A stretch of 64,000 nucleotides of DNA from an uncultured Acidobacteriaceae bacterium (GCA_963743135.1 CAVUON010000005.1:499732-563731); one strand, 5' to 3'. Shown: positions 28,874-38,925, counted from the stretch's first letter. Made by a program: numbers and translations. Notes: generated by a model from the sequence alone, not told the origin.

Positions 28874-29383
28874 ATGAGCTGCCGGAAATTTGAAACCGAG
28901 TTCAAGAATCTGCTGCCCGATCTGCTTCTGGATCGTGAGCGGGTTCCGGCTGCGGTGCGCGCCCATGTGGACGAGTGCGCAGATTGCAGCAAGGAACTGG
29001 CGTCTCTTGAAGCGACCATGCTGGCGCTGGACGGCTGGGAGGGTACGGAGCCTTCGCCGTTTTTTGATGCCCGGATGGCGGCGCGGATGCGCGCGGAGCG
29101 CGAGGCTCCGCCGGCGGGATTTCTTGAGCGGATGCGCGCGCGGCTGGTGTTTGGTTCGAACTTGCATTTGCGTCCGCTGGCTGCGGGAGCTTTGGCTTTG
29201 CTGCTGTTGATTGGCGGCGGAACTTACGCTGGTTTTGAGGGGCTGGGGCACTCGACGGCTCCGGTGGCGGCCTCGGCTACGGTTAAGGATTTGCAGTCTT
29301 TGGATGAGAACGCGCAGGTGTTTCAACAGATGAATTCGTTGGATGAGCCGGATGATAATTCGGCCAGCCAGGGGAGCAATTAG
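28874..29383 (+). CDS. Anti-sigma factor (zf-HC2 type), single TM
   Basis: HVDECADCSKEL H-x3-C-x2-C motif and a central TM (LAAGALALLLLIGGG). Follows the sigma gene directly. Confidence 0.75.
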   Translation: MSCRKFETEFKNLLPDLLLDRERVPAAVRAHVDECADCSKELASLEATMLALDGWEGTEPSPFFDARMAARMRAEREAPPAGFLERMRARLVFGSNLHLRPLAAGALALLLLIGGGTYAGFEGLGHSTAPVAASATVKDLQSLDENAQVFQQMNSLDEPDDNSASQGSN

Positions 29384-29481
29384 TTTTGATGTTTCCGGTG
29401 AGATATTTCATGTAAGTTTATGAAATGTAACACCTTATTTTGAAGTTACCGGACAGGTTCCGGCCTTGGAAGACGAAGAGT

Positions 29482-30180
29482 ATGAAAATGCGCGCAGGGA
29501 AAATTTCGACCGGCCCCGCCTGGCGGCTGACGCGCGCTGCTTGGTTTGCGTTGCTGCTTTGTTTCTCGGCCACCTGCTGGGCCGGCGCTCATGCGTCCGG
29601 CACTCGGGGGGCCTTCCACGGACCCCAGTCTCATGAGCAGCACGCGCCCAGTCCGCGTGAGGTTGGACCGCGTGAGGCCGCGCCGCGCCGCGGACCGGGT
29701 CCTGCTCAGGGTGCGGGTGCGCGCCCGGGTCAACAGCATCTTCCCGCGTGGTGGCAGGCTCATCGCGGACTTCCTCCGCAGCAGCAGGCGGATGCGCTGC
29801 GTCGCGAACCGGGGTTCCGGAATTTGCCGCCTGGGCAGCAGCAGCGGCTGATTGACCGGCTGCACTCCTTCAATCAACGGCCTCCAGAGCAGCAGCAGCG
29901 GATGCTGGACCGAATGGAGGCGTTCGAACGGCTTTCTCCTGAGCGCCGACAGGAGGTGCGGGGAGCCTCGCAGGCTTTGAGCCAGATGCCTCCGGGTCGC
30001 CAACAAATGATGCGACACGCTTTTCAGCAGCTTCGCGGGATGCCTCCCGAGGAGCGGCAGCGGATGCTGAACTCGAGCTACGGCGCGCAATTTAGTCCGC
30101 AGGAGCGGACGGTTCTTGGGAATCTGCTTTCAATCGAGCCTTACCAGCCGCATGTGATTCAGCCTTATTTCGGGCGGTAA
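29482..30180 (+). CDS. DUF3106-like secreted repeat protein
   Basis: Signal peptide. Repeated L(S/P)PE(Q/R)(Q/R) helical motifs (PPEQQQRMLDRMEAFERLSPERRQEV..MPPEERQRML). Confidence 0.7.
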   Translation: MKMRAGKISTGPAWRLTRAAWFALLLCFSATCWAGAHASGTRGAFHGPQSHEQHAPSPREVGPREAAPRRGPGPAQGAGARPGQQHLPAWWQAHRGLPPQQQADALRREPGFRNLPPGQQQRLIDRLHSFNQRPPEQQQRMLDRMEAFERLSPERRQEVRGASQALSQMPPGRQQMMRHAFQQLRGMPPEERQRMLNSSYGAQFSPQERTVLGNLLSIEPYQPHVIQPYFGR

Positions 30181-30825
30181 TTCCGAACCTTTGGGCCGCT
30201 GGATTCCATGGTCTTTCAACCAACGGCCGGACTTCCATTGCAGAGATGCTGGGCACTCATAGCGAAGGGCAACCATTGGATCTACTCTGGCGGCTCGATG
30301 GGCTGGCATATAGCAGGCCAACAGGATTACCAACACGATCAACAATGGAACGATGGCGAAGATCAACGGATCGGTTGCGCTCAGTCCGTATAGAAGACTT
30401 GCCAAGATACGTCTCAGGAAGAGCGAGGCGAGCATTCCTGCGGCCACTCCGGCAAGAGCCAGCCTGGCCCCCTGGCTCAGAATTAGATATAGGACATCTT
30501 TGGAGCGGGCGCCCAGCGCGATGCGAATGCCGATCTCCTTCGTGCGCTGTGAAACTGAATAGGCCATTACGGCGTAGACCCCGATCGCGGCCAACGCAAG
30601 CGCTAACCCGGAAAACATGCCAAGCAGCGACAGATTGAAGCGACGCAAAGATCCAGCATCCGACCCCATGGAATCCATGGTCTTCTCGTCGTACACAGGC
30701 ACACTCTTATCGACATCCGCCACTGCGGCGCGAATCGAATGGCGAAGATCGCTCTCGCCAAGGGTGCTTCGCATGGCGATGCCCATATTCGCTTCCAACA
30801 GTTGCAGAATTGTGCCGGGAATCAT
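30130..30825 (-). pseudogene. ADOP/FtsX permease, C-terminal fragment only, natural stop lost
   Basis: Only the last FtsX module is present (...RTKEIGIRIALGA...PAHRAARVDPMVALRYE). The codon after E (30253-30255) is TGC instead of a stop, giving a 41-aa tail that overlaps the convergent DUF3106 gene. Only ~210 bp lie upstream before the next gene. Confidence 0.7.
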
Positions 30826-31035
30826 CGGCTTTCACCTTGCTTGGTATTCAGACGATTCTCGAGCGCGATTTGCTGAACGACGCGAGCAATAAAAACGCCG
30901 GGCGGACCTCCCGGATCGTTTCAATGGCTTCGGGGCCCCCAGGGCGGTGATCGCTAATGATATTCCGGACCTGCTTTCGGTTTCTTTAAGGGGGTGCGGC
31001 GAAGCCGTTGAGGGATGCGGATAGCGGCTTTGCTG

Positions 31036-32934
31036 TTATTGCGCCAGTCGATAAAGGTCCACACCGCCGTTGTAATTCGGCACATAGATTTGGCCTCCGT
31101 CAATTACGGGAGGATCAAACTTATTGAACAGAAACTGAACGCCCCAGCGTTGCGAATCCCACAGAACCTTTAATGACCCATCCGCAGCGAGATGCACAGC
31201 GTCATAGACGAGCAGGCGGCCGTTCACGACCTGAGCATTGGCATCACCGTAGGGGATCGTGCAGACGAGGATCGCCGAGTTTGGATCGGCTCCATTGCTC
31301 GATCCGGAACAAAATCCGCCCGGCATTCCTCCGGGAGGATTCCCTCGCACGTCCGCACTCGCATACTCGTCGCTTTGCGCAACATATCTCAGACTTCCCG
31401 TCGAACTGACGGCCCATTTATGCAGTTGCGCATTTTCGCCCCAGGCAAAGATCGTCCATGATTGCAGCACCGGATCAAAGAACTGCACGGGTGTCATGTG
31501 GAGATGTGCCGAATCGCCCCACGGAAGGAAGTTCAACGTTTGAGGATCTGCGGGACAAGGATCCACCGGCCCCGGACTCATGGTCAGCCAGACAGGAGGC
31601 GCAGCAAGCTTTGCGCAATTCGCTTTCGCGTTCGCGAGGTCTGCGACCGTCGTTCCGCCGAGGCTCGCGGTTTTGATGGGATACGCGATTCCGTCTTTTC
31701 CGGCTGCGACGCAAACGCCGATCGAAAAAATGCAGGCCGGTCCTGCCGATCCCCAGTCTTCGTCCGACCAATTGCCTGAGGCCATCAGCGGGTAAACAAG
31801 GAGAACGGGGGTGCCCCGGTCGCTGATCATCGGCACCAGCTTCGCATTCTTCAACGGAATGCTCATCCCACCGCCAACCGGCTTAACTGCTTCGGAGGGT
31901 GTGCTGACGCCCGCGAGTTTGACGGCCGGCGCAGCGGCGTGCCCGGATCTGACGAGGTCAGTCCACGGCGTCCAATGGTCTACCACCTGCAGGCTCGCCG
32001 GGACTCCCCCTGAAGGAGGCGTGTACTTCAATTTAAGGAATGACTCACCCCACTGGCTCACACCGTCGAAGTCCCCATTTCCTGTGATGAGGTAGAGGTA
32101 GCCCTGCGCATCTGCGGCTGGGCCTTGTCCAGCCATCCACACGCCAGCGCCCTCGCCTGCTGTCAGGGCCAGCATTGCACTCACCGTGTTGCTGGCCACA
32201 TCGAAGGCAAAGCAATAGCCGGAGGCTATACCCGCTTCCGTCTCGTTGATCGTGCCCGAGCACCCGAATACTGTCTTGACACCGCCGACGTTTGTTTCGA
32301 CAAGAGACGATCTCTGTTTGCGCATCGCCGCATTGAAGTCTTGTGCTCCGCTCTTTCCCTGGATCATTACCGGAGGCACTATCTGCGTTCCATCCGCCAC
32401 GTTGAGGACGAACATGAAATAGCGCGCCGTTTGCGGATTGCCAGTCTTGTCGGGCGAAACCCAGCAGACCTGATACAGGCGCTGGGCATCCGGGTCGATT
32501 ACACCCGTGGACAGGCATCCCCAATGATCATTGATGGCGTGCATGTCGATGTTCGCGGACCCGGTGACCGGCATCGAGAGGGTTACCTGCCAAATGCCGG
32601 AGCCGTCATGGGCATCGACTCCCCGCACTACGTTAGCCATCGAGGGAAGCACCATCACATCGCGAGTTCCGAGCGCGGTCTTCACGTTGGGCAAGATGAG
32701 CGGCTGCGCTTCCATACCCCGCGCATCGCCGATAACCGGAATAATGGTCGCTCGAACAATCCCCTTCGAGGCAACTGACGCTTGCGTGAGTTGAGTCTCA
32801 TGCGAATTCCAACCGCTTCTTGCGTTATTCGCGGAGCGGGTAAGCCACGGCACCATGGTTGACTGGGCCATGCAGTTTTCGGTAATCGCAAGAAGAGGCA
32901 CGCAGGCGAGCAGGCCTAGATGAAAGAGTTTCAT
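31036..32934 (-). CDS. Secreted beta-propeller-like protein (PQQ/BamB-like repeats), function unknown
   Basis: Signal peptide MKLFHLGLLACVPLLAITENCMAQ. Repeated short beta-strand/Gly-Trp patterns. No catalytic motif recognised. Confidence 0.55.
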   Translation of the reverse strand: MKLFHLGLLACVPLLAITENCMAQSTMVPWLTRSANNARSGWNSHETQLTQASVASKGIVRATIIPVIGDARGMEAQPLILPNVKTALGTRDVMVLPSMANVVRGVDAHDGSGIWQVTLSMPVTGSANIDMHAINDHWGCLSTGVIDPDAQRLYQVCWVSPDKTGNPQTARYFMFVLNVADGTQIVPPVMIQGKSGAQDFNAAMRKQRSSLVETNVGGVKTVFGCSGTINETEAGIASGYCFAFDVASNTVSAMLALTAGEGAGVWMAGQGPAADAQGYLYLITGNGDFDGVSQWGESFLKLKYTPPSGGVPASLQVVDHWTPWTDLVRSGHAAAPAVKLAGVSTPSEAVKPVGGGMSIPLKNAKLVPMISDRGTPVLLVYPLMASGNWSDEDWGSAGPACIFSIGVCVAAGKDGIAYPIKTASLGGTTVADLANAKANCAKLAAPPVWLTMSPGPVDPCPADPQTLNFLPWGDSAHLHMTPVQFFDPVLQSWTIFAWGENAQLHKWAVSSTGSLRYVAQSDEYASADVRGNPPGGMPGGFCSGSSNGADPNSAILVCTIPYGDANAQVVNGRLLVYDAVHLAADGSLKVLWDSQRWGVQFLFNKFDPPVIDGGQIYVPNYNGGVDLYRLAQ

Positions 32935-32955
32935 GTGATCCTCCGTTATGCAGAG

Positions 32956-34704
32956 TCAGGATGGTGCACCAGTGTAGGTCACGGCCAGGTGAAACTCGAT
33001 TCCGGCGTCCGGCAATCCGGAACCCTTCAACGACACAGTCTGCCAGCCAGTGGCCGGTACTTCACCAGTCGAATGACTCGGCTCCGCACCAATCCGGTGC
33101 TCTGCAATGACAGCACCGTTCGCGGTGCTTACTGCCGCCGACAAGGCGGCATTGGCCGGTAGAGTCGCAGAAAGCTCCAGCGAAACCTTCGTGCCCTTCG
33201 CGCAGTACAAGCGCTCCGGTAACTTCTGCGGTCCATTTCGGGCCGGCATTACGTCCAGGTCGATTGCTCCATAACAGGTCTGCATGGTTCGGCGTGTCTG
33301 GCGAGGGTAAGGTCCGTTGACGCCGCTAGGCGCAAAACAGAGATAGGATTGACCGCCTGAATAGGCGTTCGATGGGATGGTAAAGGTTGCATTCCCGCTT
33401 CCATCTGTCCAGATATCCGAATGATGACCGGTGTAGTCATGGAGCCGACGGTTGGGGCCGAAAGGTGTCGAGCAGGTGATGGTGCGCGGCGTGAGCACGT
33501 TGAAGTTCAGCGCCGTTAACAGTCCGCCGCTCCAGCCTTGAGATCCGCCGTTACCATCGCGTGAAGCTACGTGGACGTCCCGGTCGACCCAGCGCACCTG
33601 ATAATCACCCCACGCGAACATCCGATTGATCCAGCAGAGATTGTCGATCAAGGGCTGGAGACCGTATGAACCGGGCCATAACTCACCCGAGAAGTAGTCC
33701 TTCCCGTACACCAATGCCAGACGCAGAGGGAGCGCCAGCATATACGCATAGGCCAGGCCTTTGTTGAAAACAACCTGCTGTCCCGGACTTGTATCCGTGT
33801 CGGGATTGTCAACGAATCCTACAGACAGTCCTGAATTCCACTGCCAGTACCCTGCGCCTCCGTCATCGAACTGCGTCGCGTCAAATCCGTTGCACGCAGC
33901 CTGAATACGCCAGTGCAACATAAAATCCTCGACCGCCGATCGTCCGCTCATAGGAGGGCTCGTCGCCCACCAATTAAGGTTGGCCGGGTTTCCATCGAAG
34001 TATTCGCTGTAGAACGGGATGTCCGGAAGCGCATCCATGATGCGACGGACCGATGGGGCATGCGTTCCCTTCGTGTCGTCAAAGCGGAATCCTATTGCCC
34101 CGGTGCGGGCCCGTGCCCAGACAAGATAGTCCTTTGCGTCCGTCTCGGTAACATGCGCGGGATTGCAGTTTTGGTAGCTGAGCTCACGGCCAAACGGATA
34201 ATCGTCCGCCGGCACCGGCACGTCATCTTCCTTGCAAAACGGTGGTATAGGGTCATCTTGTTTCATGCCGCCCCTGAACCAGCCAGGAGTGGTCTGACCT
34301 CGTCCGTTCATCGTCTTTCCGTCGGCGCCTGGATAGCGAAAGACGCCGGGGCCTCCATTCTCCCCGCTCATCTGATGCAACACAAGATCGCCGTAAGTTT
34401 GACAGCCGCGCGCATTCAGCGCGGCGATGGCAGCCGTGAGGCTCTCGAGAGAGCCATAACGCGTTCCGTTGAGATTTCTACGCTGGAACACGCCATATCC
34501 GTCACACCCTGATCCAGCTCCACCTTGCGCCAGCGACCAGGGAGGCAACTGAACGAAGTCGAAGGTCGAGCCAATCGCGGCCGCCTCGCTTCGCAGCAGA
34601 TCCCAAAGCCAGGGTTTCCCGGGATCGGTTGATGGCGCCGGCACCGTGATTTTGTTCCCCGAGGCATCCGTAAACCTTCCCCACGCAATGAGACCAACTG
34701 CCAT
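32956..34704 (-). CDS. GH13-like (alpha-amylase superfamily) protein, divergent, no signal peptide
   Basis: By-eye GH13 regions: I DLVLHQM, II GFRFDDTKG, III SEYFDG, IV FVDNPDTD. GGAGG RBS before ATG 34704. Confidence 0.65.
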   Translation of the reverse strand: MAVGLIAWGRFTDASGNKITVPAPSTDPGKPWLWDLLRSEAAAIGSTFDFVQLPPWSLAQGGAGSGCDGYGVFQRRNLNGTRYGSLESLTAAIAALNARGCQTYGDLVLHQMSGENGGPGVFRYPGADGKTMNGRGQTTPGWFRGGMKQDDPIPPFCKEDDVPVPADDYPFGRELSYQNCNPAHVTETDAKDYLVWARARTGAIGFRFDDTKGTHAPSVRRIMDALPDIPFYSEYFDGNPANLNWWATSPPMSGRSAVEDFMLHWRIQAACNGFDATQFDDGGAGYWQWNSGLSVGFVDNPDTDTSPGQQVVFNKGLAYAYMLALPLRLALVYGKDYFSGELWPGSYGLQPLIDNLCWINRMFAWGDYQVRWVDRDVHVASRDGNGGSQGWSGGLLTALNFNVLTPRTITCSTPFGPNRRLHDYTGHHSDIWTDGSGNATFTIPSNAYSGGQSYLCFAPSGVNGPYPRQTRRTMQTCYGAIDLDVMPARNGPQKLPERLYCAKGTKVSLELSATLPANAALSAAVSTANGAVIAEHRIGAEPSHSTGEVPATGWQTVSLKGSGLPDAGIEFHLAVTYTGAPS

Positions 34705-35068
34705 GTGGTACCTCCGCCGCGAATCGTCGGCTCTAGGACAGGCCTGTGCTGTTACTGGTCCCGGACAAGCATCCCACTTCCGTCTGCGTGTCACGATCTG
34801 CGTGTTGGGTCTCCAGAATAGCGCGGATCGATGCGGACGGCTGTGAATTCAGAGAATAGCCTCTGATGTTTCAGGATTAGCCCTTCACGAATCGAAACTC
34901 CGAATCGGGGCTGTCCGCGATCTGGCGGGAGGAGATGCGCGAATCGCTGATCACTGCCGGGGCAGTGCGCGGCTGGGCGAGACGGATACAGCTGACAATG
35001 TGCTGAAGCTATTACGCGGCTGACGGGCCACGGCGAAAAAAGCACTGGCGGCGGGACTGGACCCGATA

Positions 35069-36646
35069 CTACTGTGACGCGGCATCGGCGGCTGTGTTGC
35101 CGTCGGCTGGCGGTTGCGGCACCTCGAAGCTGAGGCTGTTGGATTCGACTACTGCACTCTTCGCGGGATTCCATGGATAGGTTTCGCGAGTGACGTAAAC
35201 CTGATACACGCCGGGTTGGGTTATGTCGTAGAAATTGCCGAGAGGCACATCTTCCGCATATATGTCTCCGGGTTCGATCTCGTTCAGAGTTTCGTTCCCC
35301 GGGCAGTTGACGGCTGCCCGGGCTTTTTGGAGCCTTCGCATTTCATCGTTTTGCCGGAGTTGCTCGCCGTTGCGAGTGACGGAAAAATTGTACATGCCCA
35401 TAAACGGCCAGCACTTGGCTTCCCTGATTGCGCTATCGGAGGTATTTTCCATCTCCACGCGGATCATAGTTGGGGGAGTTTCTTCGGGGTCTTCCTGCGA
35501 AATGTTCAGGTCGAATCGGGGCTTAGGTTCTTGAACCGCCTGCTCATTTGACGCGGCAGATGGCTGGGGCACAACGATATTGATGGTGTTCGAGGTGACC
35601 AGCGTGCTGTAGGCGGGGTTCAGAGGAAGAGATTGCCGTGTGACGGTGACCTGGTATGTGCCGGGTCGGCTTATGTCGTAATAGTCGCTGACGTCCAAGG
35701 TGGTGATCAAGGTTTCTCCGGGCTTGAGCGCGAATGGCCGCTGGACTGTAGGATAGCGGTCCACCTTTCGATAATTTTCTAGCGCCCGCATGGCGTCGGT
35801 TTCGGGAACAGGAAGACCGTCGCGCAGAACGGTCATGTTGTACATGTTCTTCGCTTCCGGATGAAACTGGTCAACAAACACTCCCTGTGGCGTGGTCGTT
35901 AGGGTCACGAGAAGGCGGTACAGGGACGGGTTGATGAGCGCTGCGGTTTTATCTTCTTCGATAGAGATTGAGAATGTGGACGCGGGTTTTTGGGATTCAG
36001 GCACAGAGAGCGTATTTGAGGAGACCCGCGCGGCTGTTCCAGGCACAGATGGGGCAATGATTGCTCTGGTTGTATACGTCGGTGATTGTATGACGACCGA
36101 GTTCGCGTTTGTGGAGGCTTGAGGTGAAGGTTGCGGATTGTTGCTGTCAGGTTCGGAGCTGTCGGCGGGAAGTACAGTGATAGTTATGGTGTTCGACTTT
36201 ACTAAGGGGCTCTTGGAATCAAACGCAGTATGGCGTTCAACCTGAATCGTATACTCACCCGGACGGCTGAAATCATAAATGGCGCTAATCAGCCCACCTG
36301 CGTTACTACCGGTTTCTCCCGGTTTGAGGAGGCAAGGCCAGATGCTGCTGGTTGGGCCGACGTGAGGATGCTTGTTTGCTTTCTGAGGCACTTCCTGATC
36401 GTTTTCGTATAGAACATCGTATTTATAATTCCTGTCCAGCCCATTACTCGGTGCTCCAGTGCAATCAACCTCATGAGCGGAAGTATTTGTCATCGCGATC
36501 CTGATTTCAATCTGAGAACCAGCAATTACCTGCGGCTTGACTGCGCTGAGGGTAAGGGTGAACGGCTGCTGCGGCCCCTTCGGGTACGCAGTAACGGTAA
36601 CTCCGAGCATGACCAATCCGAACAGAATCCGCATCAATTCATCCAT
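35069..36646 (-). CDS. Secreted protein with three tandem ~130-aa beta-sandwich-like modules
   Basis: Signal peptide. Three repeats each ending in KPGE...(Y)D(F/I)S(R/Q)PG.Y.(I/V).V.R...SN(T/S)I. Start is 36646 or 36634 (MRILFG). Confidence 0.7.
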   Translation of the reverse strand: MDELMRILFGLVMLGVTVTAYPKGPQQPFTLTLSAVKPQVIAGSQIEIRIAMTNTSAHEVDCTGAPSNGLDRNYKYDVLYENDQEVPQKANKHPHVGPTSSIWPCLLKPGETGSNAGGLISAIYDFSRPGEYTIQVERHTAFDSKSPLVKSNTITITVLPADSSEPDSNNPQPSPQASTNANSVVIQSPTYTTRAIIAPSVPGTAARVSSNTLSVPESQKPASTFSISIEEDKTAALINPSLYRLLVTLTTTPQGVFVDQFHPEAKNMYNMTVLRDGLPVPETDAMRALENYRKVDRYPTVQRPFALKPGETLITTLDVSDYYDISRPGTYQVTVTRQSLPLNPAYSTLVTSNTINIVVPQPSAASNEQAVQEPKPRFDLNISQEDPEETPPTMIRVEMENTSDSAIREAKCWPFMGMYNFSVTRNGEQLRQNDEMRRLQKARAAVNCPGNETLNEIEPGDIYAEDVPLGNFYDITQPGVYQVYVTRETYPWNPAKSAVVESNSLSFEVPQPPADGNTAADAASQ

Positions 36647-36670
36647 TTTCCGGAGACTGCGTTTGTGGTT

Positions 36671-37168
36671 TTACTGCTGCGCGGGCGGTGAGGCGTCCGC
36701 TGGGAGCACGTTGACGGTGATGGTGTTGGACTTGACGATTTCGCTTTTGGGATCTGAAGAAATGTGTCGTGAGACCTCGATCGAATATTTGCCCGGACGG
36801 CTGAAATCAAAGAGGCGGCTGACCATTCCTCCAGAAGGGCTTGAGGTCTCCCCCGGTTTAATAATGCATGGTGCAGGCCGAGTCTCCTCGCCCATTTCTG
36901 GATGTTTTCTTACGATTATCGGCGCAGTCTGGCCACTTTCATCAAGGACGTGATAATCGTAGGCTCGGTCTACCCCATTACTCCACCAGCCGGGGCAGTC
37001 TATTTGGTGATCTGACATATTGGTCATTACGATTTTAATGAAGACAGGAACGCCCGCCCTCACCTCAGGTTTCTCCGCTCTGATCGTGATTGAAAATGGC
37101 TGCGGCGATGTTTGCGGGTATGCAGTTACAGTGAGACAAAGCATCAAGAATCCAAATAGAATTCGCAT
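36671..37168 (-). CDS. Secreted single-module paralogue of the preceding gene
   Basis: MRILFGFLMLCLTVTAYP signal is nearly identical to its neighbour. By eye a substantial fraction of positions are identical to module 1 (not counted). GGAGGA RBS before ATG 37168. Confidence 0.7.
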   Translation of the reverse strand: MRILFGFLMLCLTVTAYPQTSPQPFSITIRAEKPEVRAGVPVFIKIVMTNMSDHQIDCPGWWSNGVDRAYDYHVLDESGQTAPIIVRKHPEMGEETRPAPCIIKPGETSSPSGGMVSRLFDFSRPGKYSIEVSRHISSDPKSEIVKSNTITVNVLPADASPPAQQ

Positions 37169-37187
37169 AAATCCTCCATTTCCCTTG

Positions 37188-38925
37188 TTAGGGGTTACAC
37201 GTCTCGGTGGACACCATGGTCCATGCAGGGTATCCGTTGTTCGGTTGGGTGCCGCTACTGCTGATAAATGAACCGACGACTCCTGGTGTTCCGCTCGTTG
37301 TGGCAGTCCACTTTCCAGATGAATTCTGCTGAGCTGATCCTGAGAAGTCCCATGTTTGGTACCCAATCGGAACAGGGATGGAGTTTGCCACGTTTGAAGT
37401 CCACATCAAGAACATCGTTGCGTTGAAGGAGCGAGTTGCAGTGTATCCATTCTGCAAAGGATCCCCAGGCGCGTCTAAAGCTTGAGGCGGGTTAGTATTA
37501 GGTATAATCCCAGAGTAAGGATATCCCCCGTCAATTCCTTGATCGTGCGTGCAGGTTATTGTATTCGTTGCAGTTAGTGTTCGAGTGTCGCTGTTGATTA
37601 GCTGCACATAAGAATAGGTTCCCCCAGATGGAGCACCTGATGGTTTGAAAGAGATACCCCAGGTGCCTCCGGGGTTTGCCACACAGCTAGTTCCTGTTAT
37701 ATTTCCGTAAACCAAGAATGGTCCGGCACTGCCTCCGCCGCACGGCGTGAGAGTGTCGATTGTGAGCTTGTTGTACGCGTTGCTGGACATTTTTCCGCCT
37801 CCGCTAATGTTGAATTTTGCGGTCGCGTTCGGGCTGCATGCGTTTCCAAAACCCGGGATGTTGACGCAGTATTGGTAGGTTACTCCGAGGGAGTTGCCCT
37901 TCGTCGAAGCATATACCCAGTATGTGTTCAGGGAGGATTGTGTCAAGTCCGTTGGAGTGATTGTCGATGAGGTATTTGTTGCCGCGTAGGCGCCGATGTT
38001 TGTTCCACCTACCGTCCATGTGTTTTGGGTGACAGCAATGCCGGTAGGGAGGGTTGTCGGGTCGATCGTCAAATTGATCTGTTGGCCGATAACGGCGGAT
38101 TGGGTGGGCGGATTGGCGCCGCTGATAGTGTTATTGTTCCATTGGATTGCGGGGACCGGCAGGACCGAAGCCGTTGTTGTTGCGGGTAGCCAGCCGCCGT
38201 TTAAGTTGGTATTCGCCACCGAGATGCTGGCGGTGCCTGGAGGGTCCGTAGCCAGCGGAACCACAGTAGCGGTCATCTGGGATGAGCTCACAATGTTCAG
38301 GCTGGATACTTCTACGTCGTCACTCCCCGCAGTTACTGAGAGCTGAGTCTGGGGGCAATTATTCGCGTTGCCCGGCGCAATAAAGTTACTTCCGTTGATG
38401 GTAATTGAGGTGGTTTCTCCCGCGAAAAAGGCGGTAGGTTGTACCGAGGTGATGGTTGGGTGACTGGAATGGCGCAGGGCGTGATTTGAATGGCCGGAGG
38501 GGCGAAAGTGAGCGTGCTATAGCCGAAGCAGTATAGTGCCCAGCCATCATTTTCTGTGGGCGCATTGGCGGCGACAGTAGCCGTGAATGTGATCTGGGTT
38601 GGGCTGACGTATGCCAGGGGTTGGACACTGTAACGTATGGGGCTTCTATGTTGCTGTCCCCCATATCGTAATAATATGCAGTCGACACGTAAGTATACGG
38701 CACACCGACGTCGACAAATTGGCCCTGAGGGTTTGTTACGGTGACGTTGTAGGTTTGTCCGGGGGCCCAGTACTGCGGCGATAAGGTTGCGATGGGGCCT
38801 TGTCCTGGCGGCGCACCGTAGCATTGCGCGTGGCAGAATGTGGCGAATAGTGGCAAGAAGAGCAAAGTGACATATAGAGTTGACCTTAAAATTGCCCAGC
38901 CAAATGCATTCCAGAGCTTGCGCAT
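37188..38925 (-). pseudogene. Large secreted IPT/TIG-domain protein, interrupted by two -1/+1 frameshifts (or assembly errors)
   Basis: A signal peptide at 38925 (frame A) continues sensibly in frame B after the G4 run at 38607-38610 and in frame C after the G3 run at 38458-38460. It then reads PTITSVQPTAFFAGETTSITINGSNF... down to 37188. Confidence 0.65.
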
